NCBI GenBank assembly: GCA_030390025.1
Contig: CM059432.1
Coordinates: forward strand, 104,038,001 to 104,102,000
Direction of reading: 5' to 3'
DNA from: Squalus acanthias
Lineage: Eukaryota
DNA length: 64,000 bases
The position numbers and the translations under genes are program-made. Within the stretch, counting starts at the first letter, position 1. Every line of letters starts with the position of its first letter. The notes beneath the pieces were generated by a model that worked only from the letters and a program-made list of their open reading frames with translations, did no database searches and was not told the DNA's origin. Positions 1-11,595 of this stretch are shown here, piece by piece.

Positions 1-752
1 AGCCCATTAGATCAACTTTTCCACTGATGAAGCCGGTGTTAATGAGCGGGCGTTTGGCTTTGCCGCTCTGGCTGGCTTCCCATGGGTGCAGGGCGTCATT
101 GACTGCACACATGTGGCCATCAGGGCACCCCATCATCATCCAGGAGTGTTTGTCAAACGGAACGGCTTCCACTCCCTCAATGTGCAGCTCATCTGCAACC
201 ATAGGAAGATCATCATGCATGTGTGCCAAATTCCCTGGCAGCTGCCATGACTCTTTCGTCCTGCGCCAGTCCACCCTCCCTCAGCTCTTCGCACCTCCAA
301 ACAGACTTCCCAGCTGGCTGCTTGGAGACAAGGGCTATCCACTGAAGACGTGGCTCATGACATCCTTGAGGAGGCCAAGTACTGAGGCCGAGGAGAGATA
401 TAATGAAAGCCACATCTCCACCAGATGTGTCATAGAGCAGACAGTAGGCATGCTCAAAATGCGCTTCAGATGCCTTGACAGATCTGGAGGAGCCCTTCAG
501 TACGCACCAGCCAGGGTCTCCAGAATCATCGGGGTCTGCTGCGTCCTGCACAACATAGTGCAGCAGCAAGAATTAGCGCTGTATGAGGAGCAAGGCACTG
601 AGCGCACAGCCTCTTCAGAGGAGGAGGAGCGTCAGCTGGAAGACGAGGAGGAGGAGGAGCTGGAGGAACCTGCGGTCAAGCTCACACCAGCACCTGAGCA
701 CATTGCTGCCCGGGAGGCCAGGGATGGGCTCATCATGGCCAGATTTACTTAA
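1..752 (+). pseudogene. Harbinger/HARBI1-like DDE transposase, C-terminal part
   Basis: Motifs [69 protein letters not shown] and an acidic tail. In-frame TAG at 8-10 and a frameshift near 225. Confidence 0.9.
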
Positions 753-1046
753 CTTTATGCTGTACACCCATATGGCTGCCACATGCTGCGCCAGGTTGGC
801 ACCACCCCACACCAACACCATAAAGCATCCCTACAATGACCAAGTCATTCCTTTCACACTGACCACCATTGCAGGGGGTAACATTATGTCTCACCATTCA
901 CTGCAACTCACTAAGCCACTTCCAAAGGTGCACACAAATTTTTCCAAGAAAAGTGGCGAAAATAAAAATTTTGATGTGTGACATCACAGTAATGGAAACT
1001 TTACAAAAACATTGAATAAAACACCCAAGTAGCTACCCTTGTGAAT

Positions 1047-3071
1047 CTACTTGTGTTTCCTCTTTCTGTTACGTGTGCTTCTACGAGGTGCACCCCCTGT
1101 GGCTTCAGCAGAGGTAGAGGCAGCCTCCTCACTTTCCTGCTGCAACTGCTTAGACACTCTTGCCGGATGTCCTCTGGGTTTTGGAGCCTCTGATGGCCCC
1201 ACCAAATTCTGCTCCTCCTGCGACTGTGCAAGGGCAGACTCAGCCATCACTGTCCGAGGAGGTATCTAGGGCTCTGACTGAGGGGATGGCAACGGGGGAG
1301 AAGTGTGAGAGGAGCCCACACTTCCATGTGCCCTCTTACCACCATCCCTCTCATGGGCCACCCGCACTTCCCTGCTAGCAAGGAGCTGGAGAGCACCTTG
1401 CTGTACATCAGTGGGGCCATGAGGACCCACGTCTACGTTGACATTCTTCCTAGACAGGAGGTCTATGAACCTCTGCCATCTATTCTTCATAGAGATCATG
1501 TGCTCCTGTGAGTGGTGCATTAGCTGCTCCATGCAGGTGGCCATCCTATCCATGGAAGAGCCTACTGTCGCCATCGCCTGTGACACGGTGGTGCTCATGT
1601 TGGAGATGGACTCCTCCATTCTCTGAACACTGGCAGTCATCGCACTCGCAAAACCTGTCAGAGCCTCCTGCACTTCTTCCTGCAGCTCCAGGATCGCCCT
1701 CTTTCTGGATGGCCCCCGAGGCTCAGCGTCTGCATACAGCTGAGCAGAGCTGGGAATGTCCTGCGCCCTCCGGCGAGGACTCTCCACTGCTGTCCCTGTC
1801 TCCACCATCTGCTCTTGCTCACTTGTGACTTGTGATGGACCCGGTGACAACACTACTCTATCTCGCGTGGGACCCACCGAGGTGTGCGTAGCTGCGCTGG
1901 TGCTGGGTGCGCTTATGTCTGGTGGCGGTGCACCCTCAGTGGCTGGAGGCATTGCCAAGAGGCTCTCTATCAGGCTTGCCATTGCACCTAACAATTCGGC
2001 GTGCATGCCTATCACCTTTCTTCTGGTCACCTCATCGAGGTCCTCATCCGAGTCCTGTGCAGCAGAACTCACGCATGAACTCTCCCTCCGGGGAGTTGGC
2101 CCCCGAGCTACCCTATCCCCCTGGCCTTGCTGCAGCCCACTCGTGCCCGGTGCCTCACCCTGTGCAGATCCCACTTCTACACTACCTTCTAAATTATATG
2201 CAGTGCCAGTTTCTGAGCTGGTGTCTTGTGAGTGACAGATGCAGTGACGCTGTGTCATCGTCCTCTTCTCCCCTTCGCTCTCCTCCATCGTCTCAGGGAC
2301 AGGCTGGGCTTGTCTTGATTATCTGAAAGCAAAAAGGCGCAAGAGTCGGGTTATGATAAGGGGGAGGAGGGGGAAGCAAAATATTCATGCATATAGCATG
2401 AGTAGCTTGAAAGTGAGAAGAGATTGTGGGATGAGGGGGAAGTGGGATGTGAGAAGAAGGATTCGGAATGAGTATACTGTTGTTGTCCCACCTCCCCCCC
2501 CCCCGCCTGTCTGCCGCTGCTCCCGGCGATTATGCGCCACCTTGGGCTGCAAGAGAAAGGGAAGTGTGTGAGTGAGTGTGCTGCAATGTGTTTGGGTGAT
2601 CTGCCTGCCATAGTTGAATAGCTGGCAGTGTGTGCACGGTGTGAGATGTGGGTGTGAGCGTTACAGCAGTAAGGTTGTGAGGGTGAAGTGAAGCTATGAT
2701 TGTGAGGTCTGAGTGGTGATAGGTAGAGATTGTTGGTAGGTGAGTGCTGGGGGTGTGGTACATTGAGCAGTGTGTGAGGCTTGTGGTGCAGATGGTGGGA
2801 TGTGGCATTTGCTGACGCCTGCACTCACCTTGCCCTGCCGTGTGAGGTCATTAAACTTCTTGCGGCACTGGATCGACGACCTGGGGACCACAGTGTTGAC
2901 CATCACATAGCCGGCTATCTCCTGCCACAGCCTTCTGGATGTATGGGCCGAGGGCTTCCTGCCAGTCTGCGGAAAGAGGACAGCCCGTCTCCTCCCCACC
3001 GCCACCATCAGTGCCTCCAGAGCCGCGTCTGAGAATCTGCAGGCCCTCTCCCTGTGCTGAGGCTCAGCCAT
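1047..3071 (-). pseudogene. Harbinger ORF2: Myb/SANT-like (trihelix) DNA-binding protein, about 3 exons, degenerate
   Basis: Exon 1 (3071-2829) RFSDAALEAL...LWQEIA...RSSIQCRKKFNDL ends at |gtgagt. Exon 2 begins at acceptor 2546 (PKVAHNRREQRQTGGG). Large low-complexity/coiled-coil exon from 2322 to 1047 has an in-frame TAG at 1266-1268 and a basic C-terminus PRRSTRNRKRKHK. Confidence 0.8.
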
Positions 3072-3709
3072 CTGTTTCCACTACTGTCTGCTTCCAGGTG
3101 AAGTTGGAACTAGATTGACAATGAGGTGCTGTAGCATCAATGTACCTCCCCTTTAAGTACTGAATAAAGCCTGTGCCAAACATGACTGGAAATTAGACTG
3201 GACCCGATATTCGCCCACCTGTTGAGCGGTAATCCATTGAACAGTGGTTTTAGCGCTGAGATCAGCACTATAATCAAGTTAATGAGGACTGAGCATGAAT
3301 TTTGCGTGCTACCTAGACCATTTTGACCTGGTGCAGCTTAATATCATTGGGCCATGACACCACCCGTTTTCTGGTCATATCCAATTTTTAGCCCTTGAGA
3401 GAGTATGGAGAAAAGGAATGTACTCTGATTGCTGGAATGTGACAAGGCGGCCAGAATTTTGTTTACCTGGGCAGGTCAGGTGCAGGCGGTCGCCATGGCA
3501 GGTCGTGACTCTGTTCATCCATCCCACTCCTGAAATCGACTTTGCGTTAACGGGGCCTATTAAGCTTGCCCTGCGCGTTACCCAGCCCTATTAAGTGGTG
3601 CAGGTCTGATGACGTCATCGGTGACACGTTTTTCAGCTGGGATATTTAAAGAAGCCATGGCCACATTGCATTTGAAGGTTCATCTAAGAGTGTGCAAACA
3701 TTTCCAGAG

Positions 3710-3949
3710 ATGACTGCACAGAGACAGAGGTCTGTACACAGGTTCTCCGATGACTCCCTCCATATGCTTGTGGAGGGAGTCAGAGCATGCAGGGAGGTCC
3801 TCTTCCCTTCTAATGGGTGGAAAAGACCTCCACAGGAGACCAAAAGAGCCTGGCTCCAATTGGTTGAGGAGGTCAACAGCAGGGATGTTGTGAGGAGGAC
3901 CTGGGTGCAGTGCCGCAAACATTTCAATGATCTCATTAGATCAGGAAAG
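3710..3949 (+). pseudogene. Myb/SANT-like domain exon of Harbinger ORF2 (open exon 1, remainder deleted)
   Basis: MTAQRQRSVHRFSDDSLHMLV...AWLQLVEEVNS...RTWVQCRKHFNDLIRSGK followed by a gtgagt donor; paralogous to 2829-3071. Confidence 0.8.
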
Positions 3950-3980
3950 GTGAGTACAAAGCCACACTCAACTTGAGAGG

Positions 3981-4501
3981 TGCATCATGGGTATACCCAC
4001 TATCTTGGCAAAGCCACATGCGCGCTTGTCCTGCTTCTCTCTGCTCAGAGAGAGGAAAACATAGTCCCTTCTCCTGGTGTAGAGAGCCGCTGTGACCTTC
4101 CAGATACAGCGATGGATGGTGAACTGGGAGATGTTAGCTATGTCTCCTGCTGCAGACTGGAAGGATCCGCTGGCAAAGAAATTGAGGTTCCACGGTGACC
4201 TTGAGGGCCACTGGGAGAGCCGTGGTCACCCTGCTATCAGCTGCACGTCTGGTTGCAGGAGATGGCAGAGTTCTGTGACCACCTCCTTGGTGAAGCGGAA
4301 CCTCCTAATACACTGCTCATTGCTTAAGTGGAGATAAGAGAATTGCTCTCTGAAGACGCTAGGTGGGTAAGGCCTCCTGTTGAGAGCCCTCCTGGCCCTC
4401 CTCCTCCTCCCTCTGCGAGCATCTTCTCGTCTTCTTCGCTGCCTCCGCTCCCTCTCCCAAAGATACTCGAGCGTGAGGGGGACTGACAGTAGAGCCCCCA
4501 T
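3981..4501 (-). pseudogene. Harbinger transposase N-terminal (HTH) part, frameshifted and truncated
   Basis: RRPYPPSVFR...EQCIRRFRFTKEVVTELC, then ALPVALKVT, LNFFASGSFQSAAGDIANISQ, GFAKIVGIPM. Stops just before the first catalytic D motif. Confidence 0.82.
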
Positions 4502-5006
4502 GAATGTGAGTAAGTGGTGTGAGCGGAAGCCTTTAAATAAGAATGAAGGTGTTCTCCACTTGCAGCAACACTCCCTGTTACCCTAGAAGCTTGAAAGAAG
4601 TTTATAAAGCTGCAAGAGTTGCAGAAAGTTGCACAGAGCCAATCAAACTGCAGAATCATGTCAGGTGCAAGTTGTTGCTGATGATCCCTTTAAATACCGC
4701 TGCTGGAGCCTCCTTCCTACTTGTCAACGCTTGCTCAGCTGGTCGCACTTAAGACAGGCCGGTAAGTGGAGCAGCGAAGTTGAAAATGGCAGATCGGGCA
4801 TCAAGTGAGTGTTGCACACTCACTGATGTAATGATCTGCATCATCTACATAAGTTTTGCGAGCAAGGACATCGGCAGCACTGCCGCCCAGCTGAAAATGG
4901 TGGCTGCCGCGGGACCCGTCGGCAGCGGGCAGAAGTGCAGCAGCCGCCATTTTTTCCCCCAAATCTGGCGGTAATGGGTGGCGCTAAACTCCTAAATATT
5001 TAGCCC

Positions 5007-5370
5007 TCTGTCTCCTACCTCCCAACCCATATCACAATTCCATGCACTTTTAATTTTGCTAATAATCTCTTGTGTGGAAGCTTATCAAATGCTTTCTGGA
5101 AGTCCATATAGATAACATCCATAGACTCATCCACCATGTTAATGACCTCCTCAAAAAATTCAATTAGATTAGTCAGACATCCATGCTGACTCTCTTTGAT
5201 CAGCTCATACTTGTCCAAATGCTCAGTCACTCTGTCCCTGTTGACAGATTCCATTAACTTCACCACAACTGATGTTAAATAGACAGCTGTGTAGATTCCT
5301 TTTTCCCTCCTCCCTTCTTAAATAATGGAGTGACATTTGCAAATTTCCAATCCAAAGGCACAGTTCTACC
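5007..5370 (-). mobile_element. CR1 LINE RT fragment
   Basis: ESQHG, CLTNLIEFFEEV, DVIYMDFQKAFDKLPHKRLL. Confidence 0.85.
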
Positions 5371-8300
5371 ATAACATTCTGTATTAATCCAAAAGTTTGA
5401 ACAGAACACTCGTGATGAATCTTCATACATCACCTAGATCTCTCTGTCTTTTGTATGCAGAAATTCAAGTGCTGAATTATGCTTGCCGTGATGTATATCA
5501 GGCTATGGGAAGTCTACGACTTGCCTATTTGTACTGTTGTACATCTCCAAGCCTTTCTGTTCTCCTGGAACTACTAGGGTTAATTTCAGAGATATTAGTC
5601 CTTGTTACAGTTGCTTCCAGCTATACTCTGTTGTCATGACAAAAAAAACTCCTGCTTTGAACAGTCTTTGACTGTTACCAGTTGTGATGCATTAATGTGC
5701 CACAAAGCATTATAAACAGATTTGACTACTTTTGAAGTTTTGTTGCAATGTTACCAAAGTCACAATTTTCTGAAACTCAAACCGGATGTGTGAAACAATT
5801 TATGGAATTTCATCCACAAAGGGTGATACTTTAACACAATTATCAGCCACAATTAGACACAAACAGGTTGGCAGACACATTGCAGTAGCAAGCCCATACA
5901 GGTCATATTAAAAGCATTGGTTCTACAATTCACATAATTGGTTCCTTTCAAAATAATTTTTACCTATGCTTGTAACATTGTGTCAAGCGTTCATAGGTTA
6001 ATTGCATTATAGTGTAATTTCAAAATGCCACACAAGAATGAAAAACAAAGCATGATAAACTCTTTCATGTATGGAACAAACGGACATACTGCGAGAGCTT
6101 AAGTTTATCTTGGCCACATAGCCAAAAGAGAATGTTGACCAGGAGAGGGTCAGCCCTTCCAATACCACTCAAACATTGCTTTAGCTGGCACTGATGGTAT
6201 TTGTGAGATATCTGTGAATAGGGCCAAACTAGGTCTCCTGTCAGGGGATACATTAAGAATATTAAGAAAAGACTAACCTCCCCTGACCTCTCAAAAAGTT
6301 CCAGTTTTATTTTTAGATTTAAAGCATTAGTGAATAAGAGCATTAATTAGTATTGAAACTCAAATTATATTTTGATCTGGAATTTCCAAAAGTACTATTA
6401 AATGAAAGATTTTTTTTAGTGAGCTATCCCACTGTAAATAAGTCTTGAGAGGAGGAGCAAATGCTCCACAGTAACATGTAAAAAGGTATTCCCACCTACC
6501 TGTTGCTGGCAGCACGCGGGCTGCTGAAGAATACTGAGCAGAGCAGACTGCTCCACTTATCGCAGATAAATTTCCAGCAGGGGTCCTTCAACAGGCATTA
6601 GGCCCCTAATATTTACGGTGCCTAACACCTGTTTTAGGCATCCACCAAGGATTTTTAATTTAGCTCTAATTAACAAAATAGGATTTCTAATAAAACTCAG
6701 TTTTGCTCCCTTCCCATAAATTTGCAGTTACGAGTAGTGATGGTTTGAACTACAATAGAAAATGTCTCCAAAACAACCTAGTTTAAAAATGTATATAATT
6801 TTAAATTAGTATATATTCCTATTCAAATAACAAGTGCATCTTCTAAATATAATAGTTTCAAGATACATACTGTTTATTAATAAAGCTTATGGTAGCACCA
6901 AGTCTTTCCTCATATAACTTGCTCTGTGAAGTAGAACAATAAAATAGTGAATACGCTGTCATGTTAAGATTTCTTTTTGTCTGCAAGAAATAACATGTAA
7001 ATACACTTAATAAAAGAAGTCTCCCACTCTGTACTTACATACATTGCTCAATTTTAGAAATTCTACCGATCAGAAAATGCAAGTTGAGCAATTTAAATTG
7101 TAAAAATGATTTCAATTTCAGCATTTTTAGAAAGTTTCAAATAAGGGAGATAGATTTATAATTAATGTAAACTTTCAGCATATTTTATCAGTTTGTACAT
7201 GTGGTATAGTTCAACTGTAATGTGTCTTAAATGGTTTTCCACACGTTCCCATTGATAATGGAATCTTACTTTCATGTCTATTATAACCACAGGCATTTGG
7301 TTACTGTAGATTACCCAAGAAACAAGTATAATCTGGTCCAGAGAACAATTAATAAAGGGTGTTAATATCAATCATATCCACGGGCCTTACTCTGTTCTGA
7401 GCTGCAGTCATCAACTTTTTTAGTGCATAATATTTAAATATTATTAATCTTGTTCAGCAGGAGAAACGAATATACACACACACACACAAAAGCAATTTCT
7501 AATCAGATCAAGTAAAACCTCAAAATGTTTGAATTGTAAGCTGGGAGTGTCCAATTATATATGTAAGAAAGTTTCTGCATCAATGGAAATATATAATTAG
7601 TTCCTGTTTCTGATCGTGATTTAGCCATTCACTAATCTTTAAAATACTAAAGACTATTTTTTTTAATGTTTATTTGTGTAAGACACTGGATCTAATTTTA
7701 CTTCAAAAATCACAAATTATAGGCCTTTGAGAGCTCTGAAAGTATTTTGTACCACTTTGAAAGGTTTCTATTTTTGTATGTAAATGTACAACTCAAGGTA
7801 AAGGACAGCAGAATTGGGGAAAATATAGATCTTTACCTTTAGGTGCAATCATCAACATTGTTCAAATGAAAGTAAATTCCAGTCATCATGGAACGTTCAT
7901 AGACCTATCCCTTTAAGAGACAATGAGGCAGAACCATATGATCATCCCCTTCCTGCACAGTGCCCCTAGGCAGTCATCTTTAGTTCTTTTTGACAACTGG
8001 AAATATTAGCAATGGCATATTTATGACTGATATTAACATCCTTCATGAATTGTACCAGACTATACTTGTTTTGTGGGTAATGTACAGTAACTAAATGCAA
8101 ATACCTGTGGTTACAATAGACTTAGCAGTACGTTTTCTTTATCAATAGAAAGCCCACAGTGATTCACAAGGATGTCGAAGGATCTAGTTTAATAACTACG
8201 TACAATTTGAACCAGAATGTGTTTTTTTGTAAATAATTGGCTATATACAAAGAGTTAGTAAAGCATATGTCTTATTTGACTATCTAAACATGAGACTATC

Positions 8301-8569
8301 AACTTGCTATATTTTCTTCCTTCCTCTTATCTTGAACTGTCATATGAAAAGCACACATTAATTTGAACAGTGATGACTGTTACACCCAAAGAAGAATACC
8401 AATTTTTCTTCTTCATTTTGTATACTCCATGTATCCCTGGAGACCCACTTGTCCTGTACCAAGAGAGGTGTAGATATCAGTTTTGCCAAGTTAGACGTAC
8501 TTTTACAGCAAGCTCAATGCAGTAATGTTTTGTGAAGCTGTGTAAACTGCTCCATACAACTGCTTTGTG

Positions 8570-8800
8570 AGCTTCTTCAATAGCTGATTTGGTATATACA
8601 CTGCACAGTGTTGTACTGAGTCATACAGACCAAGAAGGTTTCATCTTTAGTCTGTGCTGTGCCAGTTGGTCTCAGCTTGGGTTGTGATAAGTGCACACTT
8701 CAGTACCCCTGGGATAGGCAGGATAAAGGTCAGGGATCCTGCTCCTGATTGTTATGCAGTGACTACTGTTGGAAAGTGTGTGTAGGTGTGGATGCTACAA
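8570..8800 (+). mobile_element. Ancient tRNA-derived SINE, AmnSINE2-like
   Basis: Motif series gtactgagtcatacagacc...tctgtgctg...tctcagc...cctgctcctgattg...cagtgac...tggaaagtg. The same series recurs at about 19240-19550(-), 21310-21615, 25960-26090, 26560-26710(-), 44585-44700, 53490-53760, 55415-55720, 56520-56810 and 57680-57830. Family name from recall. Confidence 0.55.
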
Positions 8801-9099
8801 GAGAATCAGGTTCACTTAGGGCATACATAGGGCATAGCAAGGCTGGTCACAGGGGATTGCCTATCTATCCTGAACATCCAGCGTTGCTATGCTAATGGAA
8901 GTGGGATGTAAAATTGATAGAGGGGAAAGTCGGTGCAATTGGACACAGAACAATCAATTCCACAGGCTCAGACACCAATTTAAAAGTTTATTTTTTTTAA
9001 ATCCATCAATCGGTGCACGTAAGCCACAGGCTATGTTACAAGAGCCTCCAAGGGCTGCTGCATCCAATCTCGGTGCCCATTCCCAGGTGGATTCCCCAG

Positions 9100-10785
9100 T
9101 GAAGGCCTGGGACTTTGATATAGTGGCAATAACAGAGACCTGGTTCAAAGAAGGGGAGGTTTGGGAACTTAATATTCCTGGCTACAAGGTATTCAGGAAA
9201 GATAGGGAAGGAAAAAAAGGGAGTGGCAGTATTGATCAAAGAAACTATTATAGCGCTGGAGAGGGATGATGTAGTTGAGGGATCAAAGACAGAATCTATT
9301 TGGTTCGAATTAAGGAATACAGAAGCTACTGAGTATATACTATAGGCCACCAAATAGTGGGAAGAAGTTAGAGGAGAAAATTTGAAGGTAAATTACAGAA
9401 AGATACAAGTAGTGATAATGGGGGACTTCAATTATCCTAGACAGGTATAGTAATAGTGTAAAGGGGAAAGATGGGGAGGAATTCCTGAAAGGTGCACAAG
9501 ACCACTTTCTTAATCTGTGTGTTTCCAGCCCAACAAGGAAGGAAGCAGTGCTGGTTCTAGTTCTGAGAAATGAAGTGGGGCAAGTGGAGCATGTTTCAGT
9601 AGGGGTGCATTTGGGGAGCAGTGATCATAATATCATCAGGTTTAGAATAGTTATGGAAAAGGTGGATTGCAGTCAAAAATTGGTAGACAAAACAGTAATT
9701 GAACGATGGGAGCCCTTCAAAGAGGAGATGGTTCGGGTACAGAGTAAACACATTCCCACAAGGGGGAAAGGAAAGACATCCAAAGCTAGAGCTCCCTAGA
9801 TGACTAATGATAGAGAAATTAAAATTAAATAGAAAAAGAAGGCTTATGACAAATGTAAGCTTCATTATACAGTAGAGAACCAAGATGAATACAGAAAATA
9901 GGGGAGATTTAAAAAAGGGAATAAGAGGGGCAAAGAAAGAATATGAGAATAGATTAGTGGCTAACATAAAAGGGAACCCAAAAGTTTTTTTATAAACATA
10001 TAAATAGTGAAAGGGTAGTCAAAGGAAGGGTGGGGCCGATAAGGGACCAAAAAGGAGATCTTGTGGAGGCAGTGGCAGGGCTACTAAATGAGTACTTTGC
10101 ATCTGTCTTCACTGGAGAAGACGATGCTGCCAATGCAGCAGTGAAGGAGAAGGTAGTAGCGATATTGGATAGAATAAAAATAGATAAAGAGGAGGTACTT
10201 AAAAAGTTGGCAGTACTCAAAGTAGAAAAGTCACCCGGTCCAGATAAGATGCATCGTAGGTTGCTGAGGGAAGTAAGGGTGGAAATTGCACAGGCTCTGG
10301 TCACAATCTTTCAATCCTCCTTAGATATGGGAGACAACTGGAGGTTGGCAAATGTTACACCCCTGTTCAAAAAGGGGAGGGAGATAAACTCAGCAATTAG
10401 AGGTCAATTAGCAGGTGGTGGGGAACCTTTTAGAGTCAATAATCTGGGACAATCTCAGACTGATGAAATGGGCAGTCACATGGCAGATGAAATTTAACAC
10501 AGAGAGGTGTGAAGTGATACATTTTGGTTGGTAGAATGAAGAGAAGCAATATAAACTAAATGTTACAATATTAAAGGGGTACAGGAACGGAGAGACCTGG
10601 GAGTGTATGTACACAAATCTTTGAAAGTGGTAGGGTAAGTTGAGAAGGCTGTTAAAAAAAGCATATGCGATCCTTAGCTTTATTAATAGAGGCACAGAGT
10701 ACAAAAGCAAGGAAGTTATGCTGAACCTTGATAAAACACTGGTTAGGCCTCAGCTGGAGTATTGTGTTCAATTCTGGGCACCACA
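9100..10785 (+). mobile_element. Old CR1 LINE (host of the nest), part 1: APE endonuclease and RT fragments
   Basis: DIVAITETW, GYKVFRKDR, HLGSSDHN, LNEYFASVFT, KSPGPD, ANVTPLFKKG, with many stops and deletions. Resumes at 16438. Confidence 0.9.
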
Positions 10786-11595
10786 AAAAAGATAGAGGAA
10801 CAGATATGTAGGCAAATCTCAGAGAAGTGTAGAAATAATAGGGTAATAATAGTAGGGGATTTCAACTTCCCCAATATTAACTGGGATAGTCAGAGTGTGA
10901 AAGGCTTAGAGGGTGCGTAATTCTTAAAGTGCATCCAGGAGAGCTTTTTGAGCCAGCATGTAGAAAGTTCTACAAGAGAGGGGGCGGTACTGGATCTAAT
11001 TCTAGGGAATGTAGCCGGGCAAGTGGTAGAAGTGTTAGTAGGAGAGCATTTTGGTGACAGTGACCATAATTCGGTGAGATTTAAGGTAGTCATGGAAAAG
11101 GACAAAGATGGACCGGAAATAAAGGTTCTAAATTGGGGGAAGGCCGATTTTAATATGATAAGGCAGGATCTGGCCAAAGTGGATTGGGATCAGCTACTTG
11201 TAGGAAAATCCACATCAGAGCAGTGGGAGTCTTTCAGAAAGGAAATAGAGAGAGTACAACGCCAACATGTTCCCGTAAAGGTCAAGGGTGGGACCAAAAA
11301 GCCCAGGGAACCCTGGATGTCAAGGGATATACGAGAATGGATTAGGAAAAAAAGGGATGCTTTTGGCAGATACAAAGGGCTAAAAACAGTGGAAGCCCTA
11401 GAGGAGTATAGAAAGTGCAGGGGGGTACTTAAAAAAGAAATTAGGAGAGCGAAGAGGGGGCATGAAAAAACACTGGTGGGCAAAATAAAGGAAAATCCCA
11501 AGGCATTTTATAAGTATATTAAGGGCAAGAGGATGACCAGGGAAAGAGTAGGGCCCTTGAAGAAGTTCTGCTCTTCTCTTCGATGAGACCTCCGT

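Larger units (their letters stand above)
1..3394. mobile_element. PIF/Harbinger DNA transposon 1 (autonomous-type, degenerate; left end outside window)
   Basis: Convergent transposase (+) and spliced Myb/SANT gene (-). Right terminus ...ccaatttttagccc resembles the other Harbinger-type ends in this window. Confidence 0.85.
3449..5006. mobile_element. PIF/Harbinger transposon 2, internally deleted or chimeric
   Basis: Begins ggccagaatttt and ends aaatatttagccc. Carries Myb exon 1 (+) abutting a transposase N-terminus (-), with the junction near 3975. Confidence 0.75.

Noticed and set aside
1..752. Host HARBI1 gene
   Set aside because: Contains a stop and a frameshift and is paired with a Myb gene and a TIR-like end, so it is a transposon copy rather than the domesticated gene.
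1756..2326. Plus-strand ORFs of 159 and 139 aa
   Set aside because: Antisense shadows of the GC-rich Harbinger ORF2 exon.
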